A DNA stretch of 64,000 nucleotides from a virus (taxonomy: Duplodnaviria > Heunggongvirae > Uroviricota > Caudoviricetes): positions 115,637-179,636 of IMG/VR virus record IMGVR_UViG_3300014204_000115, one strand, 5' to 3'. Position numbers and translations under genes: made by a program. The notes under the pieces are model-generated. The model saw nothing but the letters and a program-made list of their open reading frames with translations, was not told where the DNA came from and searched no databases. How positions within the stretch are numbered: position 1 is the stretch's first letter; every line of letters starts with the position of its first letter. Below, piece after piece: positions 37,060-46,773 of the stretch.

Positions 37060-38283
37060 GTGGCTAATGCAACAAATGAAGAAAAGAAATATTATCAAAG
37101 ATTAGGTGTAATTCCTATTTCGATTGATAATATAAAAAGAATTATTAAAAATAATATTAAGAATACAATCAAGTGTTGGAATAATGGAAAAGATATTTCA
37201 AGACAAACATTTAAAATTACAGGAAATGCAGGAATTGGAAAAACAGATGTCAGTACCCAATTATCAAAAGAATTAACAGAAGAATTGGGTATTAAATTTG
37301 ACTGTATCATAATTAAAGCTCCTGTATTATCTAGAGATGATTTATTATGTCCATTCCCAATAATTGATAATGGACACTCAAGATTTAAAATGTTATATTC
37401 AGATTTTATTCCATTAGATCCAGATTCTTATGGTATATTTATTATTGATGAATTAAGTAGAGGAGATACTTCATTTCAACAATTATGTTGGCAGATACAA
37501 AATGAACATAAAGTTCATACATATCCATTACCAAAAGGATGGTTTGTTATTTGTTTAGATAATCCTGATGATCAAGAATATAGTTTAAATATGGTTGAAG
37601 ATGCAGCTGGATTGAGAAGAGTTCTTCATTTATATTCAGAAGTTAATGCTAAAGCATTTTTAAATTATGCTATTTCTGCAAATTTTCATCCTTTGGTTGT
37701 AGAATATATTCAAATTCATCCAGATTATCTTTATGATTTTGATTCTCAGAAAATTGGAATGATTTATGCTAATCCAGGATCATGGGAAAGAGTAAGTAAT
37801 ATTTTATGGGGTTATGAAGAAACTATTCTTGAAAATTTAGATGATTTAGCTACTTTATTTTCTGGTCTTTTAAATCAAAATATGACAAGAATGTTTATAA
37901 GTTTTATTCGAGATAGAAAAGATATTAGTCCATCTGATGTTTTTTATGATTATAAAAAAGTAAGAAAAGATATTTTAGAATTTTCTAGAAAATCTGAAAA
38001 TATAAAACTTGGTCAGTTAATGGAATCTTTTATTACTTTTCTAACTACATCAAAACCAAAATATAATGATGATAACTTAACTAATATGTCAGATTTCTTG
38101 ACAGATATACCTTCTGATATTGGAGTATTATTTTTATCTAAACTATCAGCATTTGATGTAAAATCTGAAGAATTTAAGTATGTTACAGGTATTCATGTAA
38201 TACTAAATTCAAAGTTTCCTGAATACAGAACAAAATTTTATGAAGCAATGGTTAATAAAAATCGTAAGGTAAATGGACAATAA
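37060..38283 (+). CDS. MoxR-like AAA+ ATPase
   Basis: Walker A GNAGIGKT, Walker B GIFIIDELSRGD, and a downstream CLDNPDD...AAGLRRV block (MoxR/AAA_5-like NP and arginine motifs). Confidence 0.6.
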   Translation: MANATNEEKKYYQRLGVIPISIDNIKRIIKNNIKNTIKCWNNGKDISRQTFKITGNAGIGKTDVSTQLSKELTEELGIKFDCIIIKAPVLSRDDLLCPFPIIDNGHSRFKMLYSDFIPLDPDSYGIFIIDELSRGDTSFQQLCWQIQNEHKVHTYPLPKGWFVICLDNPDDQEYSLNMVEDAAGLRRVLHLYSEVNAKAFLNYAISANFHPLVVEYIQIHPDYLYDFDSQKIGMIYANPGSWERVSNILWGYEETILENLDDLATLFSGLLNQNMTRMFISFIRDRKDISPSDVFYDYKKVRKDILEFSRKSENIKLGQLMESFITFLTTSKPKYNDDNLTNMSDFLTDIPSDIGVLFLSKLSAFDVKSEEFKYVTGIHVILNSKFPEYRTKFYEAMVNKNRKVNGQ

Positions 38284-39632
38284 TGAATCAAGAAGAGTCT
38301 AACAATAGAATTAAAAGTTTAATAACAGACTTGATTTTTAAAGATAGTTATTGGGGTTATTTATTTTCAAAAATAAATAGATTAGAAAATTTAACTATTC
38401 CCTCTCCAATGGGAGTTTGTCCTGAAATAGACGGATCAATTACAATTTTATATAATCCATTATTTATTAATTTAATGGATGATGAATTTTTAAAAATAGT
38501 TATTGAACATGAGGGAATGCATATTCTTAATAATCATATTCCAAGATCGTTAAGAATAATCTCAGATGAAGTTGATAAAAATAAAAAATTAGAAAAATCA
38601 GAAAAATGGAATTTAGCAGCAGATTGCGCAGTAAATACATTAATTCCAATTAAAAAATCATATCCAATGGGAAATTCAACTTTTACTATAATTCATCCTG
38701 ATCAATATAATCTACCAGTAAAAAGAACAGCAGAATTTTATTATGATAATATTCCATTTCAAAATAAATCTAAAAATAATTTAAAATCACAACAATCTCT
38801 TAATGGAAATGGTGAAAATAATTCTGAGTTAGAAGAAGAAGATTCTAAAGAAAATAATAAAATAGATGATCACGGTTCTTGGACAAAAAATAATTCAAAT
38901 GTATCTGATGTAAATTCTTTAGCAAGTAGGATGGAACAATATACAGAAACTATTGTTGAACAGTCATATAATAATGTAAGAAAAAAGGGAAACCTACCAG
39001 GTTATATTGAAGAAAGAATTTTTGAAATATTAAAACCACCACAAATTCCATATTATCAAATGATTTCAAAATTAGTAAAAGGTAGCAGATTAACAAAACA
39101 AAAAAGAGCTTATACAAGAATTAATAAAAAAAGAGTTTATACTTTTTTTATAGATCGTAAAAATCTACCAATTATTTCACCATTTCCTGGTAAAACAAAA
39201 GATTTTAGTTTTAATATTTCTATTGTTTTAGATACATCTGCAAGTATGACTAAAGATGAAATATTAGAAGGTTTATCTGGAGTTAAAAATATAATTGAAA
39301 ATGATAAAGATTGTAAAACTATAGTAATTGAAAATGATACAATGATTCATAAAGAATATGAGATTAAAAAGTTAAAAGATATTCAATTTAATATTAAGGG
39401 AAGGGGTGGAACTCGTTTATTTCCAGCTATTTCTAGATGTAAAGAATTAAATACAGATGTTACTTTAGTTTTTACTGATGGTGAATGTGATAATATTAAT
39501 TCTATTAATAGATCATTATTACCAAAAAAAATAATTTATGTTTTAACACATAGTGGATCAACAAATAGAGTAGATCAAACAGGATATATTGTGAGGTTAC
39601 CATATGAAGCTATGGTCAATAGGTTCAAATAA
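38283..39632 (+). CDS. zincin-like metallopeptidase (HExxH) + C-terminal von Willebrand A domain protein (DUF2201/CoxE-like partner of MoxR ATPases)
   Basis: HEGMHILNNH. VWA MIDAS VLDTSASM, with GGTRLFPA and LVFTDGE. ATGA start overlap with the ATPase gene. Confidence 0.6.
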   Translation: MNQEESNNRIKSLITDLIFKDSYWGYLFSKINRLENLTIPSPMGVCPEIDGSITILYNPLFINLMDDEFLKIVIEHEGMHILNNHIPRSLRIISDEVDKNKKLEKSEKWNLAADCAVNTLIPIKKSYPMGNSTFTIIHPDQYNLPVKRTAEFYYDNIPFQNKSKNNLKSQQSLNGNGENNSELEEEDSKENNKIDDHGSWTKNNSNVSDVNSLASRMEQYTETIVEQSYNNVRKKGNLPGYIEERIFEILKPPQIPYYQMISKLVKGSRLTKQKRAYTRINKKRVYTFFIDRKNLPIISPFPGKTKDFSFNISIVLDTSASMTKDEILEGLSGVKNIIENDKDCKTIVIENDTMIHKEYEIKKLKDIQFNIKGRGGTRLFPAISRCKELNTDVTLVFTDGECDNINSINRSLLPKKIIYVLTHSGSTNRVDQTGYIVRLPYEAMVNRFK

Positions 39633-40059
39633 TATTTATTTTACATCCTCAATTTTTCTTGAAGAAGCTCCATGGTATATTTTTGGACTACAAATTTTAA
39701 TTCAATGTATTTGTTCATTTATACCAAATATACCATTACCTAAGATTAAAATTATAAGAGAAAATGAAGAAACTAATCTAAGAGTATGGTATGGGTCAAT
39801 TTCAAGTCTTTTTCATATTTTTATTTGTGAACCAATTAGTAATTGGTGTTATGATAAAATTGAAACAAAATCTATTGAATTTCCATATTTTTTATTAAAA
39901 GAAAAATTTCCAGAGAGTTTTAAAGATACAGAAGAATATTTCAATGATGAAGATTCTGATAGAATAAAAGCTAATTTTGAACATTCAAAACAAATTGGAG
40001 AACAGTTTGAAGTAGTATATAAAAAAATTAAAAATATTTTTAAACATAGGGTTGAATAA
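39604..40059 (+). CDS. hypothetical protein (151 aa)
   Basis: ORF overlapping the upstream end. Confidence 0.4.
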   Translation: MKLWSIGSNNIYFTSSIFLEEAPWYIFGLQILIQCICSFIPNIPLPKIKIIRENEETNLRVWYGSISSLFHIFICEPISNWCYDKIETKSIEFPYFLLKEKFPESFKDTEEYFNDEDSDRIKANFEHSKQIGEQFEVVYKKIKNIFKHRVE

Positions 40060-40352
40060 TGATTATAGAATATTCAAAAGAAGGTATTTCAATCTCTGAT
40101 TGGGAAATTGAAAATTATATTTTAGATTGTATAAAAAATGAAAAAGATATAAATACATCAAATGAGTTATTAATTCTTGTTGCAAGAGTTTTTATAAAAG
40201 AAGAAAAACTTGATTATAAAACAACTAAATTTCTTTATGATGGTTTTTATATTCGTTGTGATAAGTATGGAACATTAGAGAATTGGCCAGATAATTTTTG
40301 TAATAGAAATGAAGATTATTTAATGAGAATAATTGATTGGATTGGGAGATAA
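40059..40352 (+). CDS. hypothetical protein (97 aa)
   Basis: ATGA overlap. Confidence 0.45.
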   Translation: MIIEYSKEGISISDWEIENYILDCIKNEKDINTSNELLILVARVFIKEEKLDYKTTKFLYDGFYIRCDKYGTLENWPDNFCNRNEDYLMRIIDWIGR

Positions 40353-41575
40353 TAATGAGCCATTTTACAGTTTTAGTTATTGGAGATGATTATAAAAAAC
40401 AATTGGAAGCTTTTAAAGAATTAGATTTATCAGAAGAAGAACTTAAAAATGATTCCAGAGCTATATTTAAAAGTTCTACTGATTCTTATATTAATGATTA
40501 TAATACAGGTACTGTTAAAAAAGTAATCATGCCCGATGGAAGAACACTATATCCTTGGGATGATGAATTTCGAGTTAAAGATGAAAAAAATCATTTTTCA
40601 AAAACAGTAATTCCAGATAATCTTGAACAGAGAGAAATTCCATTTAAAGAATTGTTTGCAACATTTGAAGATTTTATGAAGGATTATTGTGGAGAAGAAA
40701 GACATGATAATGGAGAATATGGATATTATTATAATCCTAATGCAAAATGGGATTGGTATAGTATGGGAGGAAGATGGACTGGATTTTTTAAATTAAAAGA
40801 TCCAGTTATTTTACACTCAGAAAAAGATTTAACAGAAATATCAATAAAATATAACATAGATATAAATTTACTAGAAAAATTATCAATTTTATTAAAAAAT
40901 AATTTAAATGATCTTTTTGATTTTTGTGAAAGAAATAAGATTCATGAATCATATAAACTTTGCAATGAATTATCAGAATTAATTACTACAAGATATACTA
41001 ATTCAAAGGTTGGATCTCCTGGATTGATGACAAATATTGCAAAAGATGGTTATGTTGATCAAGCTTTTAAAAAAGATATAGACTTTGAAGGTATGAGAAA
41101 TGAGAGTGAAGAAAAAACTAGAATCTATTATGATAGAGTTACTGAACTTTTAGGTTTTGAAATTCCAAAAATCCCTACTAGTTGGAAAAAAATATATGAT
41201 GATAATTTTGATCTTTCTCATGATAAAAAAAGAGAATTATATTATAATCAAAAAGAAGCAATTAAATTTCTGAATAGAATTAAAGAAATTACTGATAATA
41301 AAGATCTTAGTAAAGAAGATAGAGATATAATGACATGGTTAGATTTAGATGAATTTAATTGTACTAGAGAAGAATATATTCAAAAATCAAGAGATTCAGC
41401 AATTTCAACATATGCTGTTTTATTTAATGGTCAATGGTATGAAAGAGGATCAATGGGGTGGTGGGGTGTCTCAACAAATGAAAAAGATGAAAATGAATGG
41501 AATAAAGAATTTAATGATTTAATTGATAAACTTCCTGATGATACTCTTTTAACATTAGTGGATTGTCATATATGA
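40337..41575 (+). CDS. hypothetical protein (412 aa)
   Basis: Long ORF in tiling. Confidence 0.5.
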   Translation: MDWEIIMSHFTVLVIGDDYKKQLEAFKELDLSEEELKNDSRAIFKSSTDSYINDYNTGTVKKVIMPDGRTLYPWDDEFRVKDEKNHFSKTVIPDNLEQREIPFKELFATFEDFMKDYCGEERHDNGEYGYYYNPNAKWDWYSMGGRWTGFFKLKDPVILHSEKDLTEISIKYNIDINLLEKLSILLKNNLNDLFDFCERNKIHESYKLCNELSELITTRYTNSKVGSPGLMTNIAKDGYVDQAFKKDIDFEGMRNESEEKTRIYYDRVTELLGFEIPKIPTSWKKIYDDNFDLSHDKKRELYYNQKEAIKFLNRIKEITDNKDLSKEDRDIMTWLDLDEFNCTREEYIQKSRDSAISTYAVLFNGQWYERGSMGWWGVSTNEKDENEWNKEFNDLIDKLPDDTLLTLVDCHI

Positions 41576-41841
41576 GAACCTTTGATTTTATGATAAAAAG
41601 TACAATTAAAACTGAATGGAAAGAACAATTTAAAGATTATAAATATAAAATTAGAATTTATTGTGATAGAAGAAAAAGATTCTATAGAATGAAATTATAT
41701 CTAGTTCCAGAAGAAATAGCTATTGAGGCGTTAAAAATAGCAAAACGTTATAATGAAAATTCATATATAGAATCAGTTAAACATTGGTCCACAATGAAGA
41801 AAAAAGTTTATAATTGTATAGTAAAAATAGATTATTATTAA
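41563..41841 (+). CDS. hypothetical protein (92 aa)
   Basis: Overlapping ORF. Confidence 0.45.
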   Translation: MSYMRTFDFMIKSTIKTEWKEQFKDYKYKIRIYCDRRKRFYRMKLYLVPEEIAIEALKIAKRYNENSYIESVKHWSTMKKKVYNCIVKIDYY

Positions 41842-41854
41842 TTAAAGGAGGTTT

Positions 41855-43645
41855 ATGACCAAATCATATACTCATAATGACATAAAAAGTTTAACAGATA
41901 TTGAACATGTTATTGAATCTGCTGGTATGTATATTGGAAATACCTCAAACCCTGTTCATCTTATTGAAGAAGCTTTAGATAATGCTCTAGATGAAGCAAT
42001 TTCTGGATTTGCAAAAATAATAGCTGTCAATATTAATACAAAAACAAGTGTATGTTGTATTATGGATGATGGTAGGGGTATTCCCATTGAAAATGATACC
42101 CCTATCTTAATCTCATCTAAATTACACACTGGCGCTAAATTCAATACTTCAAAAACAGCTTATAAAATTGTAGCTGGTAAAAATGGAATTGGTCTTATTA
42201 CTATTCTTGCATTATCAGATTTTTATACTATTGAAATCTATAGAGATAAAAAACATGCAAAATATATTTTTGAGAATACAAAATTAAAACAAAAGTTAGT
42301 AGAAGATTTCACTGAAGTTCCGCCTTTTTCTACAAAAATTCAATTTAAACCAAGCAAGAAAGTTTTTGAATCATTAATACCTGATATAGAAAGAATTAGA
42401 AAAAGGTTAATTGTAGCTTCAGTTGAAATCCCAAATACAACTTTAGTTTTAAATGTTGATAATAAAAAAGAAATTATTAAACTAACAAAAGATGAGTTTT
42501 TTACAAAATATTGTTTATCTCAAAATGAAGCAACCTCAGAGATTATTGATATTAATATAAAAGATGAATCTGAAAAATTTGGAGTAAGATTTTGTCATTC
42601 TCTTAATGGTCCATTAGCACCAAGAGTTATTTCTTCAGTAAATTTATTACCTGTAGATGATGGTGGTACTCATGTTAATTCTTTTTATGATTTAATTAAA
42701 GATTTCTATATTTCTAAGACTAAAAAAACTGATTTTAAATTTCAACCAAATGATTGTCTATGTGGATTGAGAATATATTTTTCTTTAGAATTAGAAAAAC
42801 CAGATTATTCATCTCAGAGTAAAGATAAACTAATTAATAGAAAAGATCATTTTGTTAAACTTTTAACTAAAGTTAGAAATGATCTAGAAAAATATTATCA
42901 GAGTAATCAAGAAGGTCTAACTCATATGTTAGAATTTTTTGATGAATATAGAAAAAGATTAGATTCAAAGAAGATAAAGGGAACAGCAATTAATGGAAAA
43001 AGAGCTTCAACTAAATTTACAAAGTTAAGAGATTGTACTGCGCCAAATGGTGAATTATATGTAGTTGAAGGGGATAGCGCTGGTGGTGGTTTTATTGTTG
43101 TAAGAAACTCAAGAAAACATGCAATTTTACCTCTAAGGGGTAAGATTCCATCAATTATTAATAACAAAGATGATATTTTAAAGAATAAAGAAATTGGTGA
43201 ATTAATTGGTTCATTAGGAACTGGAGTTGGTCCAAACTTTGATATTACAAAATTGAAGTACGATAAAATTATTTGTACTACAGATCCTGATGCAGATGGA
43301 GGTCATATCTTTTGTTTAATGGCTATTGCACTTGCAATTTTAGTTCCTGAAATAATTAAACAAGGACATTTTTATCTATCTATAATTCCATTATATGCAA
43401 TTAATGAGTCAAAAAAAGTTTTTATTCCATTATGGACAGCTGAAGAATTAACGAACGCTAGGAAAAATAATAGGAATATCACTAGATTAAAAGGTCTTGG
43501 GGAACTAGATGAGTGGCAATTAAAAATTTGTTGTATTGATGAAAAAACAAGAAGACTAGAAAAAGTATCTTTTTCGGAAGATATAGATAAAATAGTTCAA
43601 CTTTTTTCTGATGTAAATATTAAAAGAGAATTATTAAAAGGATAA
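41855..43645 (+). CDS. type II DNA topoisomerase large subunit (GyrB-like ATPase + Toprim; T4 gp39/gp60-like)
   Basis: GHKL ATPase N-box EEALDNALDE, G1 box IMDDGRGIP. Toprim YVVEGDSAGG and ICTTDPDADGGHI. RBS AAAGGAGG. Confidence 0.8.
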   Translation: MTKSYTHNDIKSLTDIEHVIESAGMYIGNTSNPVHLIEEALDNALDEAISGFAKIIAVNINTKTSVCCIMDDGRGIPIENDTPILISSKLHTGAKFNTSKTAYKIVAGKNGIGLITILALSDFYTIEIYRDKKHAKYIFENTKLKQKLVEDFTEVPPFSTKIQFKPSKKVFESLIPDIERIRKRLIVASVEIPNTTLVLNVDNKKEIIKLTKDEFFTKYCLSQNEATSEIIDINIKDESEKFGVRFCHSLNGPLAPRVISSVNLLPVDDGGTHVNSFYDLIKDFYISKTKKTDFKFQPNDCLCGLRIYFSLELEKPDYSSQSKDKLINRKDHFVKLLTKVRNDLEKYYQSNQEGLTHMLEFFDEYRKRLDSKKIKGTAINGKRASTKFTKLRDCTAPNGELYVVEGDSAGGGFIVVRNSRKHAILPLRGKIPSIINNKDDILKNKEIGELIGSLGTGVGPNFDITKLKYDKIICTTDPDADGGHIFCLMAIALAILVPEIIKQGHFYLSIIPLYAINESKKVFIPLWTAEELTNARKNNRNITRLKGLGELDEWQLKICCIDEKTRRLEKVSFSEDIDKIVQLFSDVNIKRELLKG

Positions 43646-43648
43646 GAA

Positions 43649-43867
43649 ATGGTCAATACTTTTATAGTAGATGTATTTAAAGAAGCAATCTATGGTCCTT
43701 ATAGAAACAAAAGAAAAATGAATCGAGATATAAAAAAATTACGTGAAGATTCTGATATGTTTTTAGAATTAACAACAAATCTTTTTACCATTCATGGAGA
43801 TACCCAAATAACTTTTAAAGAATTTTTATATTTTAAAGAGTTTGAGATATTTAAAGGAGTAGAGTGA
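43649..43867 (+). CDS. hypothetical protein (72 aa)
   Basis: Small ORF between the topoisomerase genes. Confidence 0.4.
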   Translation: MVNTFIVDVFKEAIYGPYRNKRKMNRDIKKLREDSDMFLELTTNLFTIHGDTQITFKEFLYFKEFEIFKGVE

Positions 43868-43868
43868 A

Positions 43869-44126
43869 TTGCCATATATTAAAGAAGAAACTAGGTTATG
43901 GTTTGATGATAAAATTGAAAGATTAGCTAAAGATATATTAAATCCAGGTGATTTATGTTATTGTATTTATAAGTTAATGAAAGATGTAATATTAAAGAAT
44001 GGACCAAATTTTAAAATTATGTCAAGAGTTATTTCAGAAGTTGAATGTGCTAAATTGGAATTCTATAGAAGAATTGTATCACCATATGAAGATAAAAAAA
44101 TTGAAGAAAATGGTGATATTAAATGA
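43869..44126 (+). CDS. hypothetical protein (85 aa)
   Basis: Small ORF in tiling. Confidence 0.4.
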   Translation: MPYIKEETRLWFDDKIERLAKDILNPGDLCYCIYKLMKDVILKNGPNFKIMSRVISEVECAKLEFYRRIVSPYEDKKIEENGDIK

Positions 44127-44500
44127 ATAAAGTTGCTAGAAATATTTCAGTAGATTCAGGAACAATTATGATTTCTGATAGAAATTTTTATGAATATATA
44201 ACAGAAGATGATTCTTTATTTAAAAAATTTAAAGTAGAAAATGGACGATATATTGTTACTTGGAAAATTTCTAAAACATGGAATGGAGATGTTTTAGGTA
44301 AAGGTTTTTTAAATGTAGAATCAGGAGAAATAATTATATCAGATCCGTGTTATCATTATGAAAAACATTGTGATTGGATAGAATTACTTAGTAAAACAGA
44401 TTTTTTAAGAAATCCTCCAGAAGGAACATTAGTTCTTGATAAAATGGGCGGAGATGGAACTTATAACGTTTATTTTAATTTAGAAAAAATTATGGAGTAG
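44123..44500 (+). CDS. hypothetical protein (125 aa)
   Basis: ATGA overlap. Confidence 0.45.
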   Translation: MNKVARNISVDSGTIMISDRNFYEYITEDDSLFKKFKVENGRYIVTWKISKTWNGDVLGKGFLNVESGEIIISDPCYHYEKHCDWIELLSKTDFLRNPPEGTLVLDKMGGDGTYNVYFNLEKIME

Positions 44501-44503
44501 AAA

Positions 44504-44758
44504 ATGGGACAAGTAATAAATCTTGAAGATATGTTAAATATCTATAAAAACTATACTACAATTTTTGAAAAATATAATTTTAAAAAATTGGATAGTGGAG
44601 GAAAAAAAGCTTGGTCTATTAGATGGGTAAAGAATGAAACTTATATAGATCTTAGATACTCTAAATGGTCATTATATAATAAAGATGAAAATGAAGAAAT
44701 GTCAGGATTTAATTCAACTTCATTAGATGCATATCTAAGTAAAAGAATAGGAGGTTAA
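44504..44758 (+). CDS. hypothetical protein (84 aa)
   Basis: Small ORF. Confidence 0.4.
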   Translation: MGQVINLEDMLNIYKNYTTIFEKYNFKKLDSGGKKAWSIRWVKNETYIDLRYSKWSLYNKDENEEMSGFNSTSLDAYLSKRIGG

Positions 44759-44761
44759 ATA

Positions 44762-46075
44762 TTGGATACACTTATACCACGTTTATATAGAGAGTACGGT
44801 AAATATGTAAATCATTCTAGAGCATTTCCTTTAGATATTGATGGTTTAAAACCAGTTGAAAGACGTGTTTTATTATCAGCTTATACAATGGCTAGAGAAA
44901 AATTTGTTAAATCTGCTAGAGTTGATGGTAATACTTTGGGCAGATGGCACCCACATGCAAGTTCATATGGAACTATTTGTCAATTAGTAAGACAAGGATT
45001 TTTAGATGGACAAGGAAATTTTGGAAATGATGTTGGTGTAGAATCATCACCTCCTGCTGCAATGAGATATACTGAGTGTAGATTATCTAAACAAATTTTA
45101 GATATGTCTTTAAGATTGGTAGATTATGTAAAGTGGATTGAGGCGGAACTTGATGATGAACCTGAATACTTTCCAACGATGTTTCCTTTATGTTTATTAG
45201 GAAAAGATAGCACCACAGGAATTGGTTTTGGTTATAAAACTTTAATTCCTTGTTATGAAGTTAAAGATCTTAGAAACAGACTATTATTTCTATTGGGAAA
45301 GATAAAAGATAAACCAATAATTAAACCAATTTCAAATTGTAAAATATTATCTAATGATAAAGATTTTGAAAAATTATTAACAACCGGTAAGGGTCAAATA
45401 ACTTTTCAAGGAATTTTTAAGGTAGATAATCTAAGATGTAAAGCTGCTATTAGATCATTCCCTCCAGGTAAAAAATTTGAAAAAATTTTAGAGAAATTTG
45501 AAAAAGAATTAAATAATCAAGATATTGGTTGGATTGATGAATCTTCTTCAGAGAATGGTGGGACATATATTGTTTTTGAAGTATTAAAATCGAGAAATAG
45601 AGATGAAATATTTAAATCTTTTTCTAAAAAATTATCTGATGTAATGACTAGTACTATTACATTTGATACAGTAGTTGTAGATAATAAAACAAAAAATGTT
45701 AAAAATATGAGTATTGATGAAATGTTAGTTAATACTTTTAAGATTTATTTACAAGTAAATATGAATATGCTGAAAGAAAATGAAGATAAAATAATTAAAA
45801 CAATAGAAGAGGTACAATTATTAGAAAAAGTTAAACCATCTTTAAAAAAGTACATGAGTAATGAAGAACTTAGTATTGATCAAAGAATTGAAAATATTAG
45901 TTTAGAAATAAAAGAAGATAAAGATAAAATTAAAGATCTATTTCAAAAATATAGAATTACAAAACTTTTATCTTTTAAAGCTGACTTTGAAGATTTAAAT
46001 TCGAAATTAAACACAGTAAAAAATAATATTTTAAATATTGGTGATTTTGTGGTTGGACAATATGCCTCGTTATAA
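44762..46075 (+). CDS. type II DNA topoisomerase DNA breakage-reunion subunit (GyrA N-terminal domain-like; T4 gp52-like)
   Basis: TTG start after TAGGAGGTTAAATA. GLKPVERRVLLSAY, RWHPHASSYG and DGQGNFG match the GyrA/ParC winged-helix/active-site region. Confidence 0.75.
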   Translation: MDTLIPRLYREYGKYVNHSRAFPLDIDGLKPVERRVLLSAYTMAREKFVKSARVDGNTLGRWHPHASSYGTICQLVRQGFLDGQGNFGNDVGVESSPPAAMRYTECRLSKQILDMSLRLVDYVKWIEAELDDEPEYFPTMFPLCLLGKDSTTGIGFGYKTLIPCYEVKDLRNRLLFLLGKIKDKPIIKPISNCKILSNDKDFEKLLTTGKGQITFQGIFKVDNLRCKAAIRSFPPGKKFEKILEKFEKELNNQDIGWIDESSSENGGTYIVFEVLKSRNRDEIFKSFSKKLSDVMTSTITFDTVVVDNKTKNVKNMSIDEMLVNTFKIYLQVNMNMLKENEDKIIKTIEEVQLLEKVKPSLKKYMSNEELSIDQRIENISLEIKEDKDKIKDLFQKYRITKLLSFKADFEDLNSKLNTVKNNILNIGDFVVGQYASL

Positions 46076-46385
46076 TGGCAAATATTATGAATATAATGAA
46101 AATGAAAATAGAATAATTCTTCCTGGTCTATCTGAGGATGAAACTAGATATTTTCAATATTTACTAACTAGATCATTTAAAGAAATTACAGAAGAAAAAT
46201 GGAAAGATTTAACAATATTAAATCAAAAAACTTTAAAATTTATGTATGATAACCACAACCAAAAAATTCAAGAATCTTTAGGTTGTTTAGAGATTTGTCC
46301 ATCTTGTAATGAAAGATCATTAAAAGCTAAAATGAGTGGTATGGGATGTCTAAATCCAAAATGTGGATTTTTGGATTGTTATTAA
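46038..46385 (+). CDS. zinc-ribbon protein (115 aa)
   Basis: C-terminal CPSCN...CLNPKCGF. Confidence 0.45.
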   Translation: MVILWLDNMPRYNGKYYEYNENENRIILPGLSEDETRYFQYLLTRSFKEITEEKWKDLTILNQKTLKFMYDNHNQKIQESLGCLEICPSCNERSLKAKMSGMGCLNPKCGFLDCY

Positions 46386-46773
46386 AATGAATAATAAAAT
46401 ATTAGACAATCAACAAATTGGAAAATATACATATAAAATTTTAACTACAGACGAAAAAACTATAGAATTAGAAATCGGTGAAGAAATATGTCAGTCTTGT
46501 AAAGGAAAAGGTTTTAAAATAAGAGAAATTAACATTGATATTAAAGAACGATGTTGTGATTGTAATGGTAATAAAACTATTTTTTGGACACAAAAAATAT
46601 TTGAAAAACCAGTTCAAAGATATCCTGGAAATAATTGTTTTGAATACAATTTTTATACAATTATAAGATTATTAGAAAAAATGGCATATGAATCAGAGTA
46701 TGATTTTAGATTAACTTCTATGAATCTTAACACTAAAGAAACAAAAACATATACTTTTAGAGGTATTATATAA
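46363..46773 (+). CDS. DnaJ-type zinc-finger (CxxCxGxG) protein (136 aa)
   Basis: CQSCKGKG ... CCDCNGNK repeats. Confidence 0.45.
   Translation: MDFWIVIKMNNKILDNQQIGKYTYKILTTDEKTIELEIGEEICQSCKGKGFKIREINIDIKERCCDCNGNKTIFWTQKIFEKPVQRYPGNNCFEYNFYTIIRLLEKMAYESEYDFRLTSMNLNTKETKTYTFRGII

Noticed and set aside
37060-39632. Naming the MoxR/VWA pair cobS/cobT (cobaltochelatase) because the phage uses a B12-dependent RNR
   Set aside because: The second protein begins with a zincin HExxH domain, which CobT lacks. Without profile searches the generic MoxR-ATPase + DUF2201/VWA assignment is safer. The idea is kept only as a hypothesis in the findings.
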